Below are positions 35,810 to 45,123 of a stretch of 64,000 nucleotides of DNA, piece after piece. Source of the stretch: Pseudomonadota bacterium (GTDB lineage: Bacteria > Pseudomonadota > Alphaproteobacteria > Rhizobiales > Xanthobacteraceae); assembly GCA_023442085.1 (NCBI GenBank), contig JAEZMT010000085.1, positions 302 to 64,301 on the forward strand, read 5' to 3'. Position 1 is the stretch's first letter, and each line of letters opens with the position of its first letter. The notes beneath the pieces are model-generated. The model ran no database searches, was not told where the DNA came from, and was given only the letters and a program-made list of their open reading frames with translations. The position numbers and the translations under genes are program-made.

Positions 35810-37426
35810 ATGAGGCTGCAAACCCTTAGGCAGCAGCTGCCTGAGTTCTGGGATATCGAAACCGACGTGCTGGTCGTGGGGTTTGGCGCCGCGGGCGCGG
35901 TCGCTGCCATCGAGGCTGCCGATCGCGGCGCCCGCACGGTACTGATTGAGAAGATGGCGTTTCCCGGCGGGTTGTCCGTCGTCTCGGCGGGCGGCATCCG
36001 CGTGAGCGATGACCGCGCAGCGGCGCTCTCCTATCTCGAAGCCACCTGCGGAGGGCGGACGCCGCAGGTCCTGCTGGAGGCGCTGGCCGACGGCATGGTG
36101 GAAGTGGAAGGCTATATGCGCGGCCTCGCCCGCCTCAGCGACGCTGAGGTCCGCGTTACTCCGGCGCGCGGCAACTATCCCCTGCCGGGATACGAGGCGC
36201 TCGGCTATTGCGAAGTCGCATCGGTGCCGGCGCTGGAGGACGGCACATGCTTTCCCCAGGCGGGCCCAGTGAAGAACGGCACGCGCCTCTTCAAGGTGCT
36301 CGCCGATAATGTGGCTGCGCGCCCGATCCAGATCCTTATGTCGACCCCCGCGCGTCGGCTCCTGACGGACGCCGACGGTGCCGTGATTGGCCTTCTGGCC
36401 GACCACGACGGCCGCCCACTGGCGATCCGGGTGCACGGCGGCGTGATCCTCGCCTGCGGCGGGTTCGAGGCCGACGCGGAGATGCAGCGACAGTATTTCC
36501 AGAAGGGCGCCGTGCTCACCGGATCGTTCCGCGGCAACACCGGTGACGGTATCCGCATGGCCCAGGCTGTGGGCGCCGACCTCTGGCACATGTGGCACTA
36601 TCACGGTCCCTACGGCCTCGTGCATCCCGACCCGGACTACCCGTTCGGCCTCTATCTCAAGGCGGTGCCCATGTGGACGCCGGCCCCCAGCGGGAGGGGC
36701 GCGCTCGGAGCAGGCACCCTCGGCACGGATCCGGGCAAGGCCTACGAGAAAGCTCTGCCGCGCCTCGCCTGGATCCTCATCGACCAGGCAGGCCGGCGAT
36801 TCATGGACGAGTATCCACCCTATCCAGGCGATACCGGCGTGCGCCCGTTCGATGCCTTCGACCCGAAGCGCCAGGGGTTCCCGCGCGATCCAGCATTCCT
36901 CGTGTTCGACGACGCTGGCCGGCGCATGTACCCGCTGGGCCGCTCGGTTCACAACGATCCGCAGCCGCACCTCGGTTGGAGCGTCGACAATGCGCGCGAG
37001 ATCGAGGCTGGCATTTTCCACCGCGCCGATACCCTTGAAGAGCTTGCGGCGCTGATGGACGTGCCCGGGCCAGAGCTGCGTGCCACAGTCGAGGCCTGGA
37101 ACGCCGCCGTTGCGGCGGGTCGCGACGCGGCCTTCGGCCGGCTGCCGGAGACCATGGCGCCGATCAGCGAGCCCCCCTTCTATTTCGGGCGGGTTCGCCC
37201 CGTCGTCATCAACACCCAGGGTGGTCCGCGCCACGATGTGCGCCAGCGCGTGCTGGACCCCTTCGGCGCGCCGATCCCCGGCCTCTATGCGGCAGGCGAG
37301 CTCGGCAGCCTGTTCGGCCACATCTATATGAGCGGCGGCAACCTCGCCGAATGCGTCATCGGCGGGCGCACCGCCGGTAGGCAGGCGGCTGAGGCGTTGT
37401 CGCGGGTGCTCCAGCCGCAGGCGTAA
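35810..37426 (+). CDS. FAD-dependent oxidoreductase (fumarate reductase/KstD flavoprotein family)
   Basis: VVGFGAAG, LACGGFE, GNTGDGIRMA, NTQGGP, GLYAAGE, GGNLAEC; start ATG 35810. Confidence 0.85.
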   Translation: MRLQTLRQQLPEFWDIETDVLVVGFGAAGAVAAIEAADRGARTVLIEKMAFPGGLSVVSAGGIRVSDDRAAALSYLEATCGGRTPQVLLEALADGMVEVEGYMRGLARLSDAEVRVTPARGNYPLPGYEALGYCEVASVPALEDGTCFPQAGPVKNGTRLFKVLADNVAARPIQILMSTPARRLLTDADGAVIGLLADHDGRPLAIRVHGGVILACGGFEADAEMQRQYFQKGAVLTGSFRGNTGDGIRMAQAVGADLWHMWHYHGPYGLVHPDPDYPFGLYLKAVPMWTPAPSGRGALGAGTLGTDPGKAYEKALPRLAWILIDQAGRRFMDEYPPYPGDTGVRPFDAFDPKRQGFPRDPAFLVFDDAGRRMYPLGRSVHNDPQPHLGWSVDNAREIEAGIFHRADTLEELAALMDVPGPELRATVEAWNAAVAAGRDAAFGRLPETMAPISEPPFYFGRVRPVVINTQGGPRHDVRQRVLDPFGAPIPGLYAAGELGSLFGHIYMSGGNLAECVIGGRTAGRQAAEALSRVLQPQA

Positions 37427-37555
37427 CGGGGCCCGGCAATCATGCTGATGAGGTGTCCCCAGTGGCTCCTGCCATCCCAGAATGTCTGGCCGATCCTGTC
37501 AGCCTGACATCCGGCAGGCGAGCCCCCTTCGTGCTCACGCACGGGGCGGTTCAAT

Positions 37556-37830
37556 GTGCCCGAGTTGCGCATCCTTGACGACGAGTTGTGGCAGGCGGTC
37601 AAGGATCGCCAGAAAGCTATCAAGCTGAACCGTAGCGACGACGGCGAGACCGAGAACCACTTCCGGGAACGTCGGCGCCCCAGATACCTTTTCTCGGGCC
37701 TGACCAAGTGCGCCTGCTGTGGCGGTGGTTATTCGATGATCTCGGCTGACCTGGTTGGCTGCTCGACAGCCCGGAATAAGGGCACTTGCGAGAATTGCAG
37801 GAACATCCGGCGCGATCAGTTCGAGGCGCG
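37556..37830 (+). pseudogene. Internal fragment of a large serine recombinase (recombinase domain end plus zinc ribbon)
   Basis: VPELRILDDELWQAV, YLFSGLTKCACCGG, GCSTARNKGTC; no catalytic N-terminus or coiled coil. Confidence 0.8.
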
Positions 37831-38032
37831 CCGGGGCCGCTCACAGCGGGGTGGCGGCTCCTCGAATATGAGGAGATCGCTCGCAATCAAGCCGCCGCAT
37901 TCTGGAATGCTGCGTTGGGTTGGGACGCGGTGATTGAGAGGGTAAGCGCCCTATCGAGTCCAGCGCCAACTTTCGACGCGCCGCCGCCCGTGCATGTGCG
38001 GACCGAAATCGGTCTAGGTGCGGACCAATCCC

Positions 38033-38170
<138 letters not shown>

Positions 38171-38362
38171 TCAGAACCGAGAGTTTGCCGGCGAACCGGC
38201 TGTCGGCGAGGCGTATGTAGCAATCCCCGCTCCCGATGGAAAGGGCACGGAGCATTATTTGTGGCTGGGCACCCCTGCCCTGTGGACGACGCAGGTTTAA
38301 GCCCCCGCAGCAATTGCCCGCAAAGCCTTTCCAGGCAACATGTTGTATGGAAACGTTCGGCT

Positions 38363-38710
38363 TCAGCCGTGGAGGCAGTAAGCGCCGGCCATCAGCACGA
38401 TTTCGCCGACCACCACCCCGGCGAACACCGAACGACGCAACAGAAGGAAGCCGGCGACGCCCGCCACCACCGAGCCGAGGCGCAGCATGAGCGGTATCTC
38501 GGCCAGCGCCCCGGTGGGCGCGAAGAGGAGCCGCGCCACCACGGCGGCCAGCAGCGCGGTCGCCACCGCCCGCACCCAGTGGAAGACGGCGCTGCCCTCC
38601 TCCACCCGGCGGCCCGCGATGACGGCAAGGGTGCGCCAAACCTCCGTCGGAAGGAAGCCGAGAAGGATCACCAGCAGCATCGCCGCGCCTTCGCTCATCG
38701 GCGCGATCAT
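38363..38710 (-). CDS. AzlD-family small membrane protein
   Basis: Hydrophobic ~115 aa, PTEVWR, WVRAVATALLAAVVA; coupled to azlC. Confidence 0.75.
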   Translation of the reverse strand: MIAPMSEGAAMLLVILLGFLPTEVWRTLAVIAGRRVEEGSAVFHWVRAVATALLAAVVARLLFAPTGALAEIPLMLRLGSVVAGVAGFLLLRRSVFAGVVVGEIVLMAGAYCLHG

Positions 38711-39444
38711 CGGCGCCGCTCCAGCAGGCGACCGGCGATGAAAGCGAGCGTGCCGCCGCCGATGCCGGCGATCATCAGATCGAGCCCGCCCGCAAGGTTC
38801 AGCGTCACCGGCATCAGGATGAAGCCGGCGGCGAGGGCCAGCCAGTCCGTCGGCAGCGTTGCGTTGCGCACCATCAGCACGGTGAAGGACAAAGGCGTGA
38901 GCAGCAGCAGGCCGGCCGCCACCCAGCCGGGCACCTCGCCGGCCACGGTATAGCCCGCAACCGTGCCGAGGCAGCTCACGCCGATCAGCGAGAGGCCGAG
39001 GCCCAAAGTGAAGGGCACGCGCCCCTCGCCCGGCAGGTGCGGCAGCATGCGCAGCCCCTCGAGCCACACGGTCATCGCCACGAAATGCGCGCAGACCAGC
39101 TCCCAGAACAGGCTGCGGCGCGGCCCGCGCATGTAGGGGGCCACGGAGACGACCATGGGCAGGAGGCGCATGGACGACAGCCCGACCGCAAGCGCGATGG
39201 CCGGCAGCGCCGTGCCCGCCGCCAGCCCGCCAATGAGGATGAGCTGCGCCGGCAGCGCCCATACGAGCAAGGTAGAGGCGACGCCGGCCCCAAGCGGAAA
39301 TCCTACTCCGTTGAGCACCGCGCCGAACCCCAGATAGCTCGCGAACAGCACCAGTGCGGGCACCGACACGGCCTTGCGCATTCCCTTCAGGAAGTACACC
39401 GGCGGCGCATGATGCGCGGGGTGAAGGGAGGGCGGCGCGTTCAC
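38707..39444 (-). CDS. AzlC-family branched-chain amino acid exporter
   Basis: ASYLGFGA, WALPAQ, SMRLLPM; start approximate (GTG 39444). Confidence 0.78.
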   Translation of the reverse strand: MNAPPSLHPAHHAPPVYFLKGMRKAVSVPALVLFASYLGFGAVLNGVGFPLGAGVASTLLVWALPAQLILIGGLAAGTALPAIALAVGLSSMRLLPMVVSVAPYMRGPRRSLFWELVCAHFVAMTVWLEGLRMLPHLPGEGRVPFTLGLGLSLIGVSCLGTVAGYTVAGEVPGWVAAGLLLLTPLSFTVLMVRNATLPTDWLALAAGFILMPVTLNLAGGLDLMIAGIGGGTLAFIAGRLLERRR

Positions 39445-39607
39445 GGGAGTTCGGGTCCGGAGGCGAGGGGCAGAGGGGACAGGGGCGCCGCAAGCCGGCG
39501 AATGCCTCCCAATAGCATCTCCCCCCGCAGCCGGGGAGTGATCCCGCCGCAGGGCGCCGGCGCGGGTCATGCGGGAATGGCGCGGCTGGCACCGCCGAAT
39601 CTGCGGC

Positions 39608-39692
39608 TGGTGCGGACGGCGGGACTCGAACCCGCACGCCTTGCGGCGCAAGATTTTAAGTCTCGTGCGTCTACCGGTTTCGCCACGTCCGC
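39608..39692 (-). tRNA. tRNA-Leu (TAA)
   Basis: GCGGACGTGGCGAAACCGGTAGACGC..GACTTAAAATC..long variable arm..GGTTCGAGTCCCGCCGTCCGCACCA. Confidence 0.95.
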
Positions 39693-39780
39693 GGGGCCGG
39701 GCGCGGGGCCCGGCGGACGTGTCTTAGAGCATGTTTCGCGGCGGGAGTGTACCTCCCTCGCCGCGCGTCGAGACGCCGGC

Positions 39781-40206
39781 TCAGCGCCGGCCGGTGCGTT
39801 CGGCCTCGAGACGCCAGCACAGGATGGCGCCGATCATCAGGCCGCCGATGAGGCTGAGGTGCTCCACCACCACGTGGAACTCGAACAGGCGCTGCTCGCC
39901 CTGCATGGTCCAGAAGGGATGTGCGATGGGGATGGTGAGCGCGGTGAACACCGCCAGCATGCCGAAGCCGAGCCAGGCCATTTGGTTGGCGATGACCATG
40001 GCCGAGCCGGCCAGGAGCACAACAATGGCGAGCGGCACGAACACGATGGCCGGCTTCACGCCGAAGAATTCGAACAGCGTCAGGGCGCCGCCGAAGTTGA
40101 ACAATTTGTCCAGGCCGGCGCCCCAGAAGATGAAGGTGAGCAGCGCACGGGCGAAGATGCCGAATGCGGGGCTCGACAGCAGGGCGGCGATGGGACGTGG
40201 GGTCAA
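39781..40206 (-). CDS. DoxX-family membrane protein
   Basis: GLDKLFNF, LAVFTALTIPIAHPFW, EHLSLIGGL; start approximate. Confidence 0.8.
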   Translation of the reverse strand: MTPRPIAALLSSPAFGIFARALLTFIFWGAGLDKLFNFGGALTLFEFFGVKPAIVFVPLAIVVLLAGSAMVIANQMAWLGFGMLAVFTALTIPIAHPFWTMQGEQRLFEFHVVVEHLSLIGGLMIGAILCWRLEAERTGRR

Positions 40207-40335
40207 GATGGCACCTGTGGGCAGTTGAGACGGCGCGCGCCCGATAGCCGGAGCCGGCACCCGCGCGCCTGCCTCTCTTGCCGCCCGCTCTCTGAACGGC
40301 GGCTGAACCAATGTGCGCCCCCCGGTGCACCGTCC

Positions 40336-40734
40336 TCAGGAGGCGTCGGCGGCAACCGGGGTGATGGCGACGGATTCGCCGCAGCCGCAGGAGGACGTCT
40401 GGTTGGGATTGTTGAAGACGAACTGGGACGACACCTTGTCCGTCTTGAAATCCATCTCGGTGCCTATGAGGAAGAGCACCGCCTTGGAATCCACCACCAC
40501 CTTCACGCCCTTGTCCTCGACCACCGAATCGAGGGGCGCCACCTCGGTGGTGAAGTCGAGCTTGTAGGACATGCCGGCGCACCCGCCGTTCTCGATGCCC
40601 ACGCGGACGGCAGTCCCCGGCTCTGCATCGGCGAGAATCTCGCGCAGGCGCTCGGCGGCGATGTCGGTGATGCGTATCACCGGCGGCAGGCTGCGCCGGG
40701 CGGGGCGGACGGGGGGCGTTTCAGGGACACTCAT
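40336..40734 (-). CDS. A-type Fe-S cluster carrier (SufA/IscA/HesB family)
   Basis: GGCAGMSY, FNNPNQTSSCGCGES. Confidence 0.93.
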   Translation of the reverse strand: MSVPETPPVRPARRSLPPVIRITDIAAERLREILADAEPGTAVRVGIENGGCAGMSYKLDFTTEVAPLDSVVEDKGVKVVVDSKAVLFLIGTEMDFKTDKVSSQFVFNNPNQTSSCGCGESVAITPVAADAS

Positions 40735-41000
40735 GGCAGATCTCCAGACCCTGCCGGTTCAAGGTCGGCGGGCCAGCCTCCTACAAATGGTGGATGATCA
40801 CGGCAGGAGCAAGTCTCAGGATGCATCCGGGATGCCGGCCACTCTCCGTATGGCCGGAAGGCTGATGAACAGATACTTTGCAACCATGACATCGCAACCA
40901 TGACACCGGGAATTTCCGCGATTTCTCTTTTTCCCCACAAAGGTCAAGATATAGGTCTCGGCACGGCGACCTGACGCCGGCTCGAGGGGGCAGACGAAGC

Positions 41001-44000
41001 ATGAGGGCGAAGCCGGCCAGCAGGCGGTTCCGCGCGGCAACCGCGATCATTGCGGCTGCTGCGCTGTGGAGCCGTGCGGCCGAAGCCCAGCCCACCATCG
41101 CCACCGGCAGCTTCGGCAGCGCCCCGACGTTTAAGACCACCCTCATTGCCCTACTGGTCGCCGCCGCCATCGGCGCCGCAGCCTTCATGGCCGCGCGACT
41201 GGCTGCCCGGCGAAACGCGGCGAGCGGCGCGGCACATGCGGTGCAGGCGCCCAGGGCCGCCGGAGGCGCCATGCGCGCCGTGCTCCTGCTGCTCGGACTC
41301 GGCGCCATTCTTCTCGTGGTGACCGTGCTGGTCTACCAGGCGAGCGTGCAATCGGCGATCGCCGACACGCGGCGCCTGCTCGCCACCCTCGCCGAGGTTC
41401 AGATGCGCAGCCTTGCCCAGGAGCGCCAGCGGCTGGAGACGGGCGCGCTGGCGCTGGGATCGAGCCGCTTCCTCGCCGACGATGTGGCCGGCTGGCACGC
41501 CGAGCCTTCCTCAGAGCGGCGCGAGCGCCTGCGGCTTCTGCTCGGCGACAGCGCGCGGGCCTTCGGCTTCGTCGGTGCCGAGCTGTGGACCAACACGGGC
41601 GCCTTCGTGATGTCGTCAGGCCCCGAGCCCGGCCGGCCAGACATGGCGGAGATGGTGCGGCAGGTGGCGGCCACAGGCCAGTTGGCGGAGGCCCCCCCGC
41701 CCCGCGATTCCGCCCGCGCCGGCGGCTTCGCCTTCCTGGTGAACGTGCCGGTGCGCAACGCCGCGAACGAACCTTGCTGCGTGCTTCTCCTGCAATCGGG
41801 GGCGCGGCCCGATGCCCATCCCATGCTCTCGGCGGTGTTCCGCACGGCGCGGACGGCGGAAGCGCTGCTGGTGGGGCCGGATCCGCGCGGCGGCGTGCGT
41901 GTCACCACCGCCGTCTCGCGCGATCAGGCGGCGCCGATGCCCCGCACATTCGCCGCCGACCCCTTCGCCTTCGCAAGCGGCACCGGCAACGCGGTCGGTG
42001 CCGGAACGGGCACCGATCCGTCAGGCCGTGCCGTTCTGGCGGTCCGCGTGCCGATTCCGGGCGAGCAGTCCGCCCTCGTCCTCAAGGTGGATCGCGACGA
42101 GATCCTCGGCGGTGCGCGCACCTCGGCCTTCTTTTCGGCGGCGCTCGCCTGCGCGCTGCTTCTGCTTGCGGTGGCGGTGGGGCGTGGGCTCCTGCAGAAG
42201 ACCCGGATGCGCGATGCGGCGCGCGAGCTCACCGCCGCCCGCGCGGTGGGCGAGGCGGAAGCGCGCTTCCGCGCCGCCTTCGACCAGGCCGCCACCGGCA
42301 TCCTCCACCTCGACCTCGACGGCACCATCCTGCGCGCCAACGACAAGGCCTGCCGCATGCTGGGCCGGCCGGCGGACGCGCTTTCGGGCTTGACCCTGTG
42401 GAAGCTGCGGGAGGCGGCCCACGCGGCCAAGGGTGCCGACGTGATCCGCCCCCTCCTCGACGGACGGGCGGCCGAGATCGAGACCGAGGAAAGCGTGGTG
42501 CGCCCGGACGGCTCGGCGGTCTGGCTCGGCTTCACCTTCTCGCTGGTGCGCAATGCGGATGGCGCGGCGGACCACCTGCTACTGGTCGCGCAGGACATCT
42601 CCGCCCGGCGCGCCGCCGAGGCGGCCCTGCGCGAGAGCGAGGAGCGCTTCGGCCTCGCGGTGAAGGGCTCGGACCAGGGCGTGTGGGATCTCGACGTCCG
42701 CACCGGCAGGCTCTACCTGTCGCAGCGGGCGCGGGAGATGCTTGGCGTCGGTCCCGACGAGGCGGTCGACGTGCGGCGTCCGTGGCACGAGATGCTGCAC
42801 GCCGACGACCGGCGCAAGGTGGCGGCCGCGTGGAAGGCCTTCCTCAGGGGCGGGTCGCCGACCCTGGAACTCGACATCCGCCTGCGCCGGCCGGATGGCG
42901 CCTATCACGATTTCCGCTGGCACGGTCTCGCCGCCCGCGACGCCGCCGGCGCCGTCAGCCGGACGGTGGGTCTTCTCGCCGACATCACCGGCTCCAAGCA
43001 GACCGAGCGCCACCTTCGGCTCGCGGCCGCGGTGTTCGCCAATTCCCACGACGGACTGGTGGTGACGAACCTCAGGTCCGAGGTATCCGCCGTCAATCCC
43101 GCCTTCTCGCGCATCACTGGCTACGCCGAGGAGGAGATCCTCGGCCAGAACATGCGCCTCCTCCATTCCGGCCGGCACGACCGCGACTTCTACCGTGCCC
43201 TGTGGAGCGAGCTGACTACCGCCGGCGTCTGGCGGGGCGAGATCTGGAACCGCCGCAAGAACGGGGAAATCTTCCTCCAGCAGCTCAACATCACCACGGT
43301 GTATGACGAGAGCGGCGCGGCGCAGAACTTTGTGGGCGCCTTCCAGGACATCACCCAGAGCAAGCATTCCGAATTCGAGCTGGACAGGCTTGCCCATTAC
43401 GATCCGCTGACCGACCTGCCCAACCGCACGCTGATCGCCTCGCTGCTCGACCTCGCCCTGACCCGGCCGGGATCGCGCTGCGCCGTGCTGTTCGTGGACC
43501 TCGACCGCTTCAAGACCGTCAACGACAGCCTCGGCCACATGGCCGGAGACGCCGTGCTGCAGATGGCCGCCCGGCGCATCCAGGACGGGCTGGAGAGCGG
43601 GGCCACCCTCGGCCGGCACGGCGGCGACGAATTCGTCATCATCCTCGAAGGCATCGCCGGGCCGGAGGACGCCGCCACCGTCGCCAACCGGATCATCCAG
43701 GAGATGGGCCGGCCCTTCGCCATGCCTGGCGGCGGGGAAATCTATCTCGGCGCCAGCGTCGGCATCAGCCTGTTCCCCGAGGATGCGGACGCCCCGGCGA
43801 CCCTGCTCCAGCACGCGGATTCGGCGCTCGCGGAAGCCAAGTCCCACGGCCGCGGCGGCTATGCCTTCTACACCCAGGCGCTCACCCGCGGCGCCCGCGT
43901 GCGTATGGAGATGGAGGCGGACCTGCGCCGCGCCCTCGCCCGCGAGGAATTCGTGCTGAACTTCCAGCCGGTGGTGAACCTCGCCACCGGCCGCATCGCC

Positions 44001-44744
44001 GGCACCGAGGCGCTGGTGCGCTGGCAGAGCCCCACCCATGGCCTCGTCACCCCCAACCGATTCATTCCCCTCGCCGAGGAGACCGGCCTGATCGAGCCGC
44101 TGGGCAATTGGGTGATGGAGGCCGCCTGCCGGCAGATGGCCGAATGGCTCGACAAGGGCGCCGATCTCGACTTCATCGCGGTGAACCTGTCACCGCGCCA
44201 GTTCCAGCGCGGCGCCCTGTGCGAGTTCGTGGACGACGTTCTGCGTCGCACCGGGCTGCCGCCGCACAAGCTGGAGGTGGAGATCACCGAAAACCTGCTG
44301 TTCGATGCCCGCGCCGCGGCGGAGCGCAAGCTGCGCCAGCTGAAGGAGACCGGCGTGCGCATCGCGCTCGACGATTTCGGCACGGGCTATTCCTCGCTCG
44401 CCTATCTCAAGCGCTTCCCCATCTCCAAGCTGAAGATCGACCGCAGCTTCGTGCGCGACCTGCCGCGCACAGCCGACGCGGAGATCGCCACCGCGATCAT
44501 CTCCATCGCCCGGGCGCTCGGCTTCTCGGTGGTGGCGGAAGGCATCGAGGATCCGCGCCAGCACGACTTCCTGAAGGCGCGGGGCTGCGACTTCGGCCAG
44601 GGTCACCTGTTCAGCCGCGCGGTATCCGGGGAGCGCCTGCTGCGGCTCGCACTGAGCGGCCCTCTGGCGCCAGTGCCGACACCCGGCGCGCCCCGTGGCC
44701 CGGCGACCCGGACCAATACGCCGGGCAGCACCTCCCTGCACTGA
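41001..44744 (+). CDS. Membrane-anchored PAS-GGDEF-EAL c-di-GMP enzyme
   Basis: TM segments, three PAS/PAC repeats, YDPLTDLPNR, GGDEF, EAL, DDFGTGYSS. Confidence 0.9.
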   Translation: MRAKPASRRFRAATAIIAAAALWSRAAEAQPTIATGSFGSAPTFKTTLIALLVAAAIGAAAFMAARLAARRNAASGAAHAVQAPRAAGGAMRAVLLLLGLGAILLVVTVLVYQASVQSAIADTRRLLATLAEVQMRSLAQERQRLETGALALGSSRFLADDVAGWHAEPSSERRERLRLLLGDSARAFGFVGAELWTNTGAFVMSSGPEPGRPDMAEMVRQVAATGQLAEAPPPRDSARAGGFAFLVNVPVRNAANEPCCVLLLQSGARPDAHPMLSAVFRTARTAEALLVGPDPRGGVRVTTAVSRDQAAPMPRTFAADPFAFASGTGNAVGAGTGTDPSGRAVLAVRVPIPGEQSALVLKVDRDEILGGARTSAFFSAALACALLLLAVAVGRGLLQKTRMRDAARELTAARAVGEAEARFRAAFDQAATGILHLDLDGTILRANDKACRMLGRPADALSGLTLWKLREAAHAAKGADVIRPLLDGRAAEIETEESVVRPDGSAVWLGFTFSLVRNADGAADHLLLVAQDISARRAAEAALRESEERFGLAVKGSDQGVWDLDVRTGRLYLSQRAREMLGVGPDEAVDVRRPWHEMLHADDRRKVAAAWKAFLRGGSPTLELDIRLRRPDGAYHDFRWHGLAARDAAGAVSRTVGLLADITGSKQTERHLRLAAAVFANSHDGLVVTNLRSEVSAVNPAFSRITGYAEEEILGQNMRLLHSGRHDRDFYRALWSELTTAGVWRGEIWNRRKNGEIFLQQLNITTVYDESGAAQNFVGAFQDITQSKHSEFELDRLAHYDPLTDLPNRTLIASLLDLALTRPGSRCAVLFVDLDRFKTVNDSLGHMAGDAVLQMAARRIQDGLESGATLGRHGGDEFVIILEGIAGPEDAATVANRIIQEMGRPFAMPGGGEIYLGASVGISLFPEDADAPATLLQHADSALAEAKSHGRGGYAFYTQALTRGARVRMEMEADLRRALAREEFVLNFQPVVNLATGRIAGTEALVRWQSPTHGLVTPNRFIPLAEETGLIEPLGNWVMEAACRQMAEWLDKGADLDFIAVNLSPRQFQRGALCEFVDDVLRRTGLPPHKLEVEITENLLFDARAAAERKLRQLKETGVRIALDDFGTGYSSLAYLKRFPISKLKIDRSFVRDLPRTADAEIATAIISIARALGFSVVAEGIEDPRQHDFLKARGCDFGQGHLFSRAVSGERLLRLALSGPLAPVPTPGAPRGPATRTNTPGSTSLH

Positions 44745-44754
44745 GGAGCCGCGG

Positions 44755-45024
44755 CTATTCCTCGACCTTGAAGGGCATCGGGATGTCTTCGAGCGAAATG
44801 ATGCCGCTGGTCATGAGGTAGATGATGCCGGCCGTGACCACGAGCGCGATGAGGCTGGTGGCGATCACCTTGTAAAGCATCAGCGGGCGCACCGGCGCGC
44901 CCGGATCGGTGCCGGGGATGACGTCAGCGTTCTCCGCCTGGGAGCGCACGCCCCACGGCAGCACGGCGAACAGGCTCACCCACCACACGATGAAATAGAT
45001 GGCGACGACGGCACCGACCGACAC
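44755..45024 (-). CDS. DUF1467 family protein
   Basis: IYFIVWW..FAVLPWGVRSQ..GTDPGAP; usual position after mce. Confidence 0.85.
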   Translation of the reverse strand: MSVGAVVAIYFIVWWVSLFAVLPWGVRSQAENADVIPGTDPGAPVRPLMLYKVIATSLIALVVTAGIIYLMTSGIISLEDIPMPFKVEE

Positions 45025-45123
45025 GGCGTCTTCCTTGATTGGCGGCGCCGATCATGTCGGCGCCGCGAAGGGAATTTCATGCCATCGGCCCCGGTCTGCG
45101 ACCGGCGCCGCGCGGGCCGCTCC

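Larger units (their letters stand above)
17018..38032. mobile_element. Immobilised genomic island (~21 kb) at tRNA-Met
   Basis: Bounded by the 69-bp repeats; serine-recombinase remnant at the tRNA-proximal end; catabolic cargo. Confidence 0.75.

Noticed and set aside
37556..37933. Intact integrase
   Set aside because: Lacks the catalytic serine domain and most of the protein
38363..39651. 424-aa and 314-aa ORFs starting inside tRNA-Leu
   Set aside because: Extensions run through the tRNA and overlap each other; real genes are the shorter azlD and azlC
39608..39692. tRNA-Leu as a second integration site
   Set aside because: No duplicated 3' end or integrase seen nearby; flanks look like core genes
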